The notes under the pieces are model-generated. The model was not told where the DNA came from. It ran no database searches and saw only the letters and a program-made list of their open reading frames with translations. The translations under genes were made by a program, and so were the position numbers. A stretch of DNA of 64,000 nt, taken from Chiloscyllium plagiosum. Lineage: Eukaryota. The stretch spans positions 17,842,165 through 17,906,164 of the forward strand of contig NC_057719.1 in the NCBI RefSeq assembly GCF_004010195.1. Direction: 5' to 3'. Positions within the stretch are counted from its first letter, which is position 1. Each line of letters starts with the position of its first letter. Positions 52,520 to 64,000 of the stretch are shown one piece after another.

Positions 52520-53940
52520 ATTGCACCCTGTATAAACCCAATAATATGCCCTCTATAAATGCTCCAATACACCTTCTATAAACCAGATATTACAACCTCC
52601 ACAAAACTTCCATTACACCCTCAATAATCCATAGTGTACTCTGTAATAAATGCTACAGTCTCCCTTTATAAATCCCACATTACACCCTTTATAAATGCCA
52701 TGTTAAACTCTGTATTGCCCACATTAACCATCTATTAACTGTGCATTATTCTGCCTGTAACCCCTACAGTAACCCTCTTGAAATCCCACATTATACTCTT
52801 TATTAACCCTACAGTACACTCTATAAAACCCACATTAAACAGCCTCTACAATACCCAAATTACACCCTCTGTAAACCCACATCACACCCTCAAAACCCGA
52901 CATTGCACCCTATATAAACCCCATATTACACACTGTAAACACATTATAAACTCTCAACACATCCAAAAACCCCACATTGCACCCTCTATAAACCCCACAT
53001 CACACCTTCGAAAATCCTGACATTATGTCCTCTATAAACCCTAAATTAGAAACTCCAGAAATGCCTGCAGAACATCCTCTATAAACCCTTCATTATACCC
53101 ATGATAAACTCTACACTATAACCTCCATAAATTCTACACTGCACTCTCTATAAACCCCATGTCACACCCTCCATAAACCACACATTACATCCTCTCTAAA
53201 TCCTACAGATTACCATGAATAAATCTCAGATTAGACCCTTCATTAACCCCACATTACAACCTGTATAAACTTCTTGTTACACTCTGCAAAGCCCACATCT
53301 CACCATCAACCTAACAGTACACCCTATACAAACCCAACAGTACACCTTCTACAAACACTGCAGTACACCATGTATAAACCAAACAGTATACCCTCTATGA
53401 ACTATACATTATACCTTCTATAAACCCTATAGTATACCCTCACTAAACCCCATATTACACCTCCTATTAACCCTAATTTACACACTCTATAGACCATGAA
53501 GTACATACTCTATAACCCTGAAGTACACCCTCTCTTTATGCCACATTACAACCCTGCAGTACGCCTATTTACACTACATTATAACCCTACAGTACCTTCT
53601 CTATAAACTCCTCATTGCACTCTTTATAAAGCTGACATTACATCTTCTATACACCAGTACACGCTGTACAAACTCTGCAGTACATGCTGTATAAACCCTA
53701 CAGTACTCCCTCTATAAAGCCGCATTTTACCCTCCATAAATGTTCCATTACACCCTCTAAATACTCTACAGTACCCAGTCTGTAAGCCCTACAGTACACC
53801 TGTTTAATCTACACAGTACACAGAATAAACCCCAATGTAGAAATTCCATGAATTCAACAGTAAACCTTGTTTAAACTATTTTGTACAGCATCTATAAACA
53901 TATACAAGCGTCAGAATACAAATACCATAAACAGGACAGT
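52520..53940. repeat. Degenerate 23-bp minisatellite (acaccctctataaaccccacatt), roughly 60 units
   Basis: Consecutive 23-mers, e.g. gcaccctctataaaccccacatc / acaccttcgaaaatcctgacatt / atgtcctctataaaccctaaatt. Confidence 0.9.
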
Positions 53941-54769
53941 GGCATCACTAACAGTTGCCAGGTCGATCCAGAATAAACATCCCCATCTGAGCAGAATAGC
54001 TTGCATTTCATAATCTGTTCTTTATAACCGCTAAAAGCTGAACTGTATAAGCACAATGACCACACATTTCTATCCTACAAAATACACAGTTCAATGATGA
54101 TAGTCATCACCTTGCAAACTTTAAAATCCAAACTTTAATGGAAGATGCTCAAAATCTGGCAGAGTCCACTGCTCAGTGTTAGTATTACCTCGCTGAAGGG
54201 CAAAGCATTTATTTAGGGCCTGCTCAAAGTAGCTCACGAAGGAGTTCTGAACAATGGACTGAAAACCAGCCAATGACAATGACTGTCCCCCTTGAACACA
54301 GTTGATGTTGGTGGGTGTGATGAACTTTGACCTGGGAATAGTGCAGTAAAAGAATTTTTTGACTGAATTTGTGGAATCGTTTTCTTTTAATAATGTTCGA
54401 TAAAGACTTCAAAGAGTCCAAATCAGTTATAAGGGAAGCACCTGAAATTCTTGAGTAATAACAAATCTCCTTACATGTGACAATTGAGCTGGAAACGGTA
54501 CTGACAAGAAGAAAGCTAGTCTATGAAAAAGGTGTGTAGCCAGACATAGTGAAGATAGACAAAGAATTTGACTGCGAAGATAAGAGAGGTCCAGAACAGG
54601 AGAGAACAGAGAAGATGGAGCAGTGTGTATGTAAGGTAGCTAATCAGGACAGAAAGTTGAAGACATTGTAAGAGCTGAGAATTGTGAATTGGACAATTTT
54701 GCTGCTGCTGCTTCAGTTCTATCAGAGTAGACCAGGTTGTTTAACAGGCTATATTAAAGGGTCTAGATA

Positions 54770-54925
54770 ACATAAACGTATGAATTAGGAACAAGAATAA
54801 GCTATTTGTCACCTTGAGCTTGCCCCACCATTCATTAGGATCATGCGTGATTTGATTGCGGTTTCAACTCCACACTCCTATCTACCCCAATAACCATTTG
54901 CTCCCTTGTTACAAATTTTCCAATA
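54770..54925 (-). mobile_element. CR1 3' tail fragment
   Basis: gaattaggaacaagaataagctatt..ccaccattcattaggatcatg; similar to 24945-25060. Confidence 0.65.
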
Positions 54926-55539
54926 AAGGAATCTCTGGGGAATTTGAATCATAAAGACTGTTATAAACCTAACTTAGGAAATTCTTCAGGAGCATGCCCT
55001 TCCAACGGTGACCATCGCCAGGAACTTCTGATAGAACAGAGCTGGCACTGATCATGACCTGAGAACCAAAGTAATTAAGTGGGGAAATTAAATTGCCGCA
55101 AACGAGTTCAAGGACTTTGAAACTGCACGTGGTGCCACATGTTCGTAGGAAGTGCTACAGGTTATAACGGTTGTATGAGGCATCTTTGTTGTAGTGATGT
55201 GAGATTTTCTTTTTTGTTTCTTGCATCATTTGGCTATCAAATCATGTTTAAATCTGGTATATGTTAGAGTATAAGTTACAAAACATGAAGTCTTGCTGGT
55301 AATTTCTTGATTTGAATGTAATTTGGCACACTTGATCATGTTATTCATGATTCCCCACTACACTCCCATGCTAACAATGTTCCTTTCTTGCTTGCAACCT
55401 GCCTGGAAGAAGTTATTTTTCAAGTAATATCTATGAGGAAGGAAAGAGGGAGCCACCTCAGTTAATCTTCCATCATAAGTGGTAGAGGAATCTGATAGAT
55501 AGTAGAGCACAGTTACAAATATGCTCATAGTCCAAGCAT

Positions 55540-56180
55540 TATAAATTGGATACCAGTACCACTAAAATTATATTGTAGGACAAGTATAGACTGAACAGTG
55601 TTGCTGCTCAATGCTACTTAAGACAATGCAGTACAAGTCTAAGTTACAGCCCACAAATGGTCACAACATTACGGAATGGCTGCAAAATACAACAATAATA
55701 TGCTACAACAAGCAGGATAATTTGTTAAATTTAGGTAATACAGTTACTACAAATATGCAGTTGAATCAGTATAAACTATATATGTATAATGTATAAATAG
55801 TCTTTGTACAATAAACCTGTACAGTATAGTGCAGTTAATGAAAACTCTTCAGTACAATTACGATAGCCTGTGCAGTATAGCGATTAAGAGTAGCCATTAT
55901 GAGCAGGTTGCTCCAAATTATACACTACATAATGCACCTAATATTAACAATTCAATGGAACCAGTATAAAACTTCAAAGTATGACTAAATTCTGCAGTTG
56001 AACTGTTAAACATGGCACATTAGATCTACAAAGAACTGCACAATCAAACTGTTATGACCTGCACAGTATGCCTACTATAAACTGCACAGTGCATCACTGT
56101 AAATTGAACAGTACACTTCTTCTAAAGTAATGCAATACAAACAGCACAAATTGCACAGAACAACTACAATGAACCACATA
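55540..56180. repeat. Highly degenerate ~23-bp minisatellite (same type as 44970-47270)
   Basis: ctataaactgcacagtgcatca / ctgtaaattgaacagtacactt units. Confidence 0.6.
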
Positions 56181-57719
56181 GTGGAAAAGCCTAACCCAAA
56201 CTAATGGGATGACAGCTTACTCTAGTTGCGGGAGTCCAAAAGAAATAAACTTTGGCAGCCTGTGTCCAGTTGCAGCTTGGTGCTGGTCTAGAACATAAAT
56301 CTGTTCTTAATTAGGCACAAATTACAGAGATGTTGGCCTTGAGAATGCATGAGCGTGAAAACTGAAACAGCATAATGTTGCAATAGGAAGTTTATTTCTA
56401 AAGTTGGAATTAAATTATGCGTTAATGTCGAGCAGGCACAATTTTACTTGGTGCCTGGCCGACAATTTTTCTAACCGCGGGTGGTGGGAGGCGGGTAAAA
56501 GAGGCTTTAGTACTGACATTTCATGCTGAATATGTTCCATTTGCCAGAATAAACCAAAAAGTTTCAGTAAAGTGTTTCAAAAGTTGCAATATTAGAAGTG
56601 TAAACATCTTTGTGTGATAATAGTAACAGCACGATGGACTATCCCCTGTGTGTTCTCCTCGGTATATCTTACATTATAAAAATTGTTTTGGAGTTGATGC
56701 CTGCTAAATACTGGACTTGCCCATCAGGCTTGTCCTGTATCTCCTCATAAGAAGCTGGCACAAGCACGAGGGATTTAAAAATCAAAGGATAGGCGCATAG
56801 ATGTGGAGAAAGATGTGTAGGAGGAAGTTCATATGGAGCAAAACTGCCAACAAGGACCAGCGAATAACCTCCTTATTCAAAAGCACAATGTAATAGATAT
56901 ATTTATGCATCAGTCCCATTAATACATGACTGAAATAACTGCACAGAGGCTGGTATCCTATCACTAAGTCACCCTTTATTTACATGTGTACCATATACCG
57001 GCTGTGGCCAGCCAGCTCGGATTCAGTCCTCTGAACTGAAGATTCTAACCTCTTGGTAATTTTTTTTATTTTATTAAACAATACAGTTTACAAAACAATT
57101 AACATTAACAACTGTATACAGAGAAACAACAATTTACAAGGGAGAGGAGAGGCAAAGCCAGGCTCCAAATCCTAATGTTCAACCAGTTTGCAGGGAAATG
57201 AGGACAAACCTCAAATCCCACTTTCAGTCATCACAAAACAGTAACAAATACAGACAAGACAGTCCAATTTGATTATAAGAAAGTGCATAGATTGCAGCAC
57301 CGCACCCCCAAGCAATCCCTCCCACCTTCTGGCCACTCTAAGACAGCCCGCCCTGACACACCTTCCGGCTCTCGGTCCGCACCGACGCCCCTTCCGGCTC
57401 TGTCTGCCCTGTGCCACTTCCAGCTCCTGGTCCACACCGCGCCATTTCTGGCCACCTCTAGGACAGCCTGTCCTGCTTCCTCAAGGCCCCCCCCCCCGCC
57501 GAACGACAGTGATCAGGCCAGCCGACCAACCTACCTTCCGGCTTCCCTAACCACCTTCCGGCCACCTCGAGGACAGCCTGCCCCGGTACCTGCCTGGGGT
57601 GACAGCGCTGAAGGCGGCCTACCCGCCTTCAGGCTCTCAGTCTGCCCCCGTGTACTATCTGGCTCTGACCCACCCTGACGCACCATCCGGCTTGTGGACT
57701 ACCCTGACACCTTCTGACC

Positions 57720-57998
57720 ACCTCTAGGACTCCATCAACAAACACATCGACCTGGACCCAATATACCAACCACTACAGCAGACAGCTGAAACTGACAACC
57801 GGAAGCGGCAGGGACAGACCACTATAAACACCGGAGGAAACATCAATGAAGCACTTCGCAGGAGGCTCCCAAGCACTGATGATGTCGCCTAGCCAGGGGA
57901 CGAAACGTTTGCAACAAAAACTTCCAGCTCGGTGAACAGAACCACAACAACGAGCACCCGAGCTACAAATCTTCGCACAAACTTTGAACCTCTAGGAC
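57720..57998 (+). mobile_element. Penelope-like 3' end (family C) with 11-bp TSD
   Basis: TSD acctctaggac at 57720-57730 and 57988-57998; encodes SINKHIDLDPIYQPL, homologous to the Penelope C-terminus at ~23960. Confidence 0.88.
57873..57912 (+). ncRNA. Minimal hammerhead ribozyme motif (family C), core intact
   Basis: gca-CTGATGA-T-GTCGCCT-AGCC-AGGGGAC-GAA-ACGT-T-tgc; stem I gca/tgc, stem II 6 of 7 pairs. Confidence 0.8.
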
Positions 57999-58618
57999 AG
58001 CCAGTCCCAATTACCCCTTCTTGGGACGACAGCGCTGAGAACAGCCTACCCACCTTCCAGCTCTCAGGGTGATTTGCATCAAGGTGGCCTACCCACTCTC
58101 GCTTTCGGGACAGCCGACCCACCTTCTGGTGCACAGGATGGCCTACCCACCCTCTGGCTCTTGAGGTGATAGCTTTCCGGATGACCCACAAGCCTCCCAG
58201 CTCACAGTAAGGCCTGCCAGACCCAGGGACACACAAGACAGTGCAGGAGATAAACCCAACAAGACAGAGTCCACTCCACAGAATGCATTCCCAAGAACGG
58301 AGTCCACTCCAGTAAGCAGAATGCATTGTTTGAGATAGAGGCCACTCTGATATGCAGAGTCCATTTCTGAAGGCAGCAAATACACACCCCTAGCACACAC
58401 ACAGGTGTTCAGTCTCCATAGAGACCTGGTTTATCCACAGAGAACCAGGCCCACAGTACATTGTGAAGGTACAATTAACTCACAGGAGTTTGGCCCATTC
58501 CTGAACTCCAGGACACAACAAAAGCTCACCTCCCAGCACACACAGATGATTAGTCTTTACAGAGGCATCATCCACCAACAAGGGCCAGACCTACTCTCAG
58601 AAAAAGCTCAAAGTTGCA

Positions 58619-58830
58619 TTTTTTCACAAGCTTGGAGATGCTGGTGGTGGATTGGGGTGTACAAAGTTAAAAATCACACAGCACCAAGTTATACTCCGAA
58701 CAGGTTTAATTGGAAGCAACTGTACTCCACAGCCACCTGATGAAGGAGCAGTGCTCTGAAAGCTAGTGCTTCCATTTAAACCTGTTGGACTATATACAGG
58801 TGTTGTGTGATTTTTAACTTTTCTCACAAG
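58619..58830 (+). mobile_element. Family B fold-back mini-insertion with ~12-bp TSD
   Basis: ttttttcacaag (58619-58630) and ttttctcacaag (58819-58830); inverted arms aaagttaaaaatcacaca / tgtgtgatttttaacttt. Confidence 0.8.
58734..58768 (+). ncRNA. Minimal hammerhead ribozyme motif (family B), near intact
   Basis: cac-CTGATGA-A-GGAGC-AGT-GCTCT-GAA-AGCT-A-gtg; stem I cac/gtg. Confidence 0.75.
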
Positions 58831-59237
58831 GGCTCACTCCAAACACCAAAAAAGTGAAAGCTTATACAAAAAAACCCAAAGATAACTAGAATGTAAGGGC
58901 TGAGCCCTACCACTAAGTCAGCATCATCCACTTTTCAAACTGAAAGAGAGAAGAGTAACACATAGGCTGTAACCAGCCAATAAAACAACAGTTCCCTAAT
59001 GAGAACAGAATTATACCTGAAACACATTGACTGGGTAGATCAGGCAGTTTAGAAATCAGTCCTCAATAAAGAAGGAATACCAGTTAACAAACTGGCTAGA
59101 TAATACAGTCAGTTCAGGCATCAGATTCCCCTTGCCCCAAAGAAAGCAGAAACCAACAGTAGCAATAACACACTGACTGTGCCCTAGCTAGCACAGAGTC
59201 AGTCCCCTAGACTGAAGGGATTCTAAAACTCAGTTAT

Positions 59238-59532
59238 ATTTTTTTCAATTTATCCCCACACTACTGCCAAAGTGGTAGTGTTTATATTTTCTCCAGCGCC
59301 CATGGTGTGTGTGTGTTCGCGCAGGTGTATAAATCTTTATTCTTTTTCCACCACCAGGAAGAAAGGAAACACCCAAATGGCCAGTGACAAAAAAGTGAAG
59401 GGGAGGGCAGGGATTAAATCAAAATAGAGTTTGAGGGGGAAATAATACAATCCACTCCCTGCGGTGCCCATCTTTCCCTGAAAATCTCAAGGGTATTGCT
59501 GAACACCGCGTGCTCCTTCTCCGGGGACACGG
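59238..59532 (-). mobile_element. Tx1-like L1-clade LINE 3' end
   Basis: Minus strand VSPEKEHAVFSNTLEIFRERWAPQGVDCIISPSNSILI*, then 3' UTR and an A-rich tail. Confidence 0.65.
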
Positions 59533-59869
59533 ATCTAATCTCCTAATTATATTAGTTAGCCAGGGCTTTCCTGACTTTTCCCAGGTTAATAACCCCAATC
59601 AATGACCTAGGTGTTAATGATGTCAACCTGATTCCTATCACTACAATGATGCTACGATGAATACAAAATTAAACATAAATGACAACTATTTTCAAGTTGT
59701 GATAATCAATAATTTACCCCTCTCTGTTATATCTCACCTTTCCATTTCTGTGTCTCCTCACTGCCATTACTTGTTTTGGTAAACAAATTGTCAAGGCCTT
59801 AATGGCTTTGATATGTCAATAAAGATCCCATCTCAGTGTCCTGTGGTGCAAACAAACTTAGCCTTTATA

Positions 59870-59980
59870 GTTTCTCAGCTCTGGTCATTGACATGAAATA
59901 CTAGCTTCAGTTCTCTCTCCACAGATACTGCCTAATCTGTTGAGTTTCTCCAGCATTCATTGCTCTTGTTTCAGGTTTTA
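59870..59980 (+). mobile_element. Family E short repeat (degraded)
   Basis: ggtcattgacatgaaat..tctctctccacagatactgcctaatctgttgagtttctccagcatt. Confidence 0.55.
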
Positions 59981-62419
59981 GTTGCTTTCTCATTTTTGGT
60001 TGCTTCTCAGGTAGCTAATGCAAAAATATAAAGATTGTTTGTTTGCACAATGGAGTTCAGCAAATATATCTGATGACTTCTTTCCATATTTGAAAGGAAG
60101 ATATTATATCCTTCTATTACAAAGTGTTGCTCTGCTATCTGGGCAGGACGTTTAAATATTTCTCTCTAAATAGGCTTATTTCTTCTACTTATCCTTCACA
60201 CCTCAGTCCATCATGACAACTCATGTATTTCTAAATTCAATTGACATTAAAGTGGTCGATATTCCTTTGAATTCTGTGTTAAATATATTGTTCCATACAT
60301 TGTTCCTTTTTCCTTGTACTGTTTCCTGACCTCAAGGCTGAAACTCTTACCTTGCCACTTCTTCCTTCCTTTTCACAGTGGAGAATTTTTAAAGACTTTT
60401 TTTTAGTTGCTTGGTCGCTACCACTCAATTTAACTTTTATTCTTCTACCAACCTTGTCAACATTTGTGCATCTGCAGTGCATAAGCCTAGCTCTTTCAGT
60501 TATGTTTCTCAACAATTTAAAAAAAAAAGCTATTTTCTTGTAAGCTATGTGCCTAGTTAATATCATTTGACTTGTACAGAGGTGAACCTGCCCTGTTGAT
60601 GTTGGTGACTTATTTGCTCATTCCCTGATCCTACCAGCATCCCCCACCTGGAGACAGGATGAATTTTTCACTGCTGCAGGTTGCCCTACTCAGAAGGTTA
60701 TGAAAGCAATGGTAAAACTCAGCTCAAGAAAGGGTCAAGTCTCAGTCATGACCGCTGTTCAGATTGATCAACTTGCATTGAGGGAATGGTAGATCTGAGG
60801 CCATGTTTTTAAACTAATTATCATGATCATCAGCTGCATCTTGTAATAGCAAAGCAGATCCATAGAGTTTGTCTAAAAGGTTTTGTACAAATCCCATGTC
60901 TAGAACTATAGCAGTCTTAAATGATGGAGGGTGTATGTGTGGGGGGGGGAGGTGAGTGGGAATCACATTAAGTGCAATCTAATTACTTCGATGTTTATTA
61001 GAACTAGGGCACCATCAAAATTTTATTTAAATTAATCAGGTTTTGAATTAAGATATTAAATTCAAATTAATCATGTAAAAATGTAAATGAACCTTGACGA
61101 ATTTCCAGCTGTGAGTTCAGTCTGTTTCTTCAGAGTCACTTTCAGAAATGTCTGAGGGAGGAGGGGGGGAGGGCTGGGTCTAAAACTCCTGGAAGTGTTA
61201 TTGCAATTAAAAGATATTCAGCAGGACAGATGTAAAGAATGTGTTATAATTAAAAAAAGATCACAGTGGAAGTATCACAGATTTGCATGATTGGCTCATT
61301 GTGAGGCATCATTGATTACTGGGTGCACCAGCTAAGATTAAAACCTTTCTCTTAACCCTTTGAGGACCATAGCATGGTTTCAGTACTGACAGGGAAAAAA
61401 AAACTGCCCAAAAAGGCTGTCAGAACAAGTACGCACATCCAAAATAATTAGCTCTGACTCTAAGTTTTGGAAAAGCTCTGTTTTTCCATCCAGAATGCGT
61501 TTCAACTTCTTAATGGCTGTTTTGGATGGTTAAGAAGCCGTGTAGGCACTGTGTCAGCCAACATGTAAGCCTTCATCTTGCAATATTTTAGCAACATTTT
61601 ATCAATTAGAGACTAGATTCGCAACTCACCATGTTTTCTGAACCCATGAGATCTCTAGTGACATTGTACAATTGAGATCGAAAAGCATGCTTCCTCTGAA
61701 TAGGAATGTTTGGGAGAGTTTATGTCAGGGAATTCAGTTGCCAAGTTAAAGTCGATTTTCAACCCATTATGAATTGAGCATGAGCAGTGCACCACTTATT
61801 GTTACTACCACCTACCACTTTTGTGGGGTCCTTGGACTGGACTGTACAGTTACCTTCCAGAAACAGGCCAAGAACCTAGTTAGGCAAAGAAATATTCATG
61901 TCCCAGTGGCCAACCTGTGTGCTAGTCTTGGAAGAACCACAAGAGAAAATGTTTTGAAGGTAATTTTTGTGAGAAATGTAGAACATTCTTGCATTCCTTG
62001 GCCCAACAGAGACGACCTCTCTTAAAACCGCCATGCTAGTTGCTGCCTAAAAATCATCTTCTCCATTAATCTGTATCAGCTGGTGGAGTTACTGTATTTT
62101 CTATTTCTTCCAATTGAGAAGCTATTCCAAAACCATATGGAACTCTCCAACGGATTGTAAATGAGATGCATGATTCAGAGCTCACACTTCTTCCATTGAA
62201 CCTCAGGGGAGTCACTCCATCCATCTGCTGCCCAATGCAAGTGATTACCTGAAAGTCTAACCTAACATTTTGAACTTATACTTGTGTTCCCAATAGCAAT
62301 GCCCATGTCTACAAGGTGAGAACCATCGCCAGGAGAGATACACAGGTTGCTACTTTTTGCCAGAATAGAATAATTTATAGATTACACACAAATATTCAAT
62401 ATAAGATGTCTGATAAAAG

Positions 62420-62770
62420 TAATCACTTTAATAAAGCACTCGTATTTCTATACGAGTGTCCTGGCGTCGTCACTGCTGTAAGGCAGGAAGTGTGGCCTAT
62501 TCTACATTCAGCAAGATTCCACTAAGTAGTAATATGGTAAAGACAAATTTAGTGGTTGAGTGATTCACCAGGGCAGCGGGAAGAATTTCCATTTTGATCT
62601 TACCAATATTTTATGTCTATGTGAGATGGCAAAAGCAGCCCAGGTTTAATGGCACCACCCCCCTACAGTGCCGCAACTAGATTTGGTACTCCAGTCTTGG
62701 GAGTGAATTTTGACCCTGCAACGTTCTAACTCAGAGATGGAAATGCTAACAGCAAAGGCCTAGCTGAAAA
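62420..62770 (-). mobile_element. SacSINE1-like DeuSINE (degraded)
   Basis: gtcactgctgtaaggcaggaa..cagcaagattccac..ggtttaatg..ttctaactcagagatggaaatgcta. Confidence 0.6.
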
Positions 62771-64000
62771 CCCTTGAAGGGACGTTTGCTTTCTCCTGAC
62801 TTTCCGCAAGAAAGGGTTGACTACAAAATTCACTGGAATGTTATCGGAAAAATGTTTCTCTGCTATTCTGGTATTTGAACCAAGGTATTAAATTGTTTAT
62901 TATAAAGGAATCAACAAGCTTCTGTTAAAAACTAAACAGTAATTGGATATGAGCAGGATAAGCTCTTCTTCCATAATGGGGCACAATGTCATTCACAGGC
63001 AATATTGCCTGATGTTGGTCCAAACAGTTGAAATGACTGCTACACTGAAAGGAAGTAAATATACATGGAAACTCATATTTATACAAAAAGGTGAACAGAT
63101 CAAATCTTGTTATTTACAAACTGTTGCGACAAACTCCATTATAGTCAACAAAGGAACTCACACTGGATAAGCAGTACAACTCGTCAACCTTGTTAGTTTG
63201 CTGTACTGAGAATGTGTGACTATTGCTTCATATCACAGAGTCAGTTTGTCCTGGGGGTGTGACCAGACTAAGGCCCTCGCTATTTATAAACACCTAAGAG
63301 TTTTCCACGTGCATGATTTTACAGCTACAAAGATATTGTGCAAAGTAACCCGAGGGTTTGCGACAGTGACTGAGACAAATTGACAAATACAGTTAATCGT
63401 AACCTTTCAGCCATTTTGGAAAACACTGCAAAGAGACAATTGCTGAGCACCAATTGTCTGTGTTCCAGTGTTCATCAGCAGAAGGCTCAAACTCACTGAT
63501 GTAAATTGAACATGGATTGCCTGCAATTTCTATCAGGCCAGAAGGTGAAGTCAGGGTTCCTTGTCATTTTTGAGAAGTAGACAAATTTCAGGGAAATCAC
63601 TTAAAGCAGAAAGTTTACTCAAACCCATATCCTTGCAAGATTTTAAAAAGTGCATTTTTTAAACCAAGCTGAATGCCTTGGGTGGTGTTTAAGAAACATT
63701 CACAGGTGACCATCTCTCCTGTCTCTTTTGATTCACACTGCTGGCCAGTTAGCAATTTCATTAACACCCCAGTTGAAAAGGTTCTTCTTTAAAATAAAAA
63801 AGCACACAGTTGCTTCCAAATTGGGCTTGATCCCTTTCTGGTCTGTAGCTGTAGGGTGTTTTATGCAGTGGGAAGGAGAAATAAACAATCTTGTTAAAAT
63901 ACCTCAACATAATGCCAGGGCAGCAGAGACAACACCACTGGTGACACATGACAATCAGCTGGAAATACCAGAAGCAAACCATCCATTGACATTCAATGTT

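Larger units (their letters stand above)
57290..58200. repeat. C-rich degenerate tandem repeat
   Basis: Recurring ccaccttccggccacctctaggacagcctgccc units. Confidence 0.75.
56931..59645 (-). mobile_element. LTR remnants (two partial, diverged copies) with nested insertions
   Basis: Minus strand starts TGTAGTGAT and ends TTATTTCA (TG..CA), with aataaa near the end; flanks atgac/atgat; 56931-57055 is homologous to 58880-58922 plus 59165-59237. Confidence 0.5.

Noticed and set aside
52520..53940. Repeat arrays as CRISPR-like structures (also 11777-11930 and 6175-6300)
   Set aside because: Head-to-tail degenerate monomers without unique spacers, in vertebrate DNA with no cas genes.
56427..56464. 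Imperfect hairpin tgtcg..caggcac / gtgcctg..cgaca
   Set aside because: Short stem, probably a remnant of a palindromic non-autonomous DNA transposon.

Overview
This is non-coding eukaryotic DNA from a cartilaginous fish. HE1-type V-SINEs, SacSINE1-like DeuSINEs and abundant CR1 LINEs point to a shark; the genus cannot be fixed by eye. Well over half of the window is transposon debris: CR1 LINEs (two nearly full-length but broken), L2, Rex1, RTE, Tx1-like L1, Penelope-like elements (PLEs), a Harbinger transposase fossil, LTR remnants, several SINE families and a decayed 23-bp minisatellite domain. There are four assembly gaps. No intact host protein-coding exon could be supported, and the recognisable ORFs are TE-derived. 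The most notable signal is a dense set of minimal type-I hammerhead-ribozyme motifs (short stem I, CUGANGA-N, stem II, GAA, palindromic tetramer, H) carried by at least four sequence-distinct PLE families. Many of these occur as 100-250 bp fold-back insertions with 9-15 bp target-site duplications (TSDs). A ~1.1 kb inversion also splits one CR1 element, with a Penelope copy at the right breakpoint. All calls were made by eye, and boundaries of degraded repeats are approximate.
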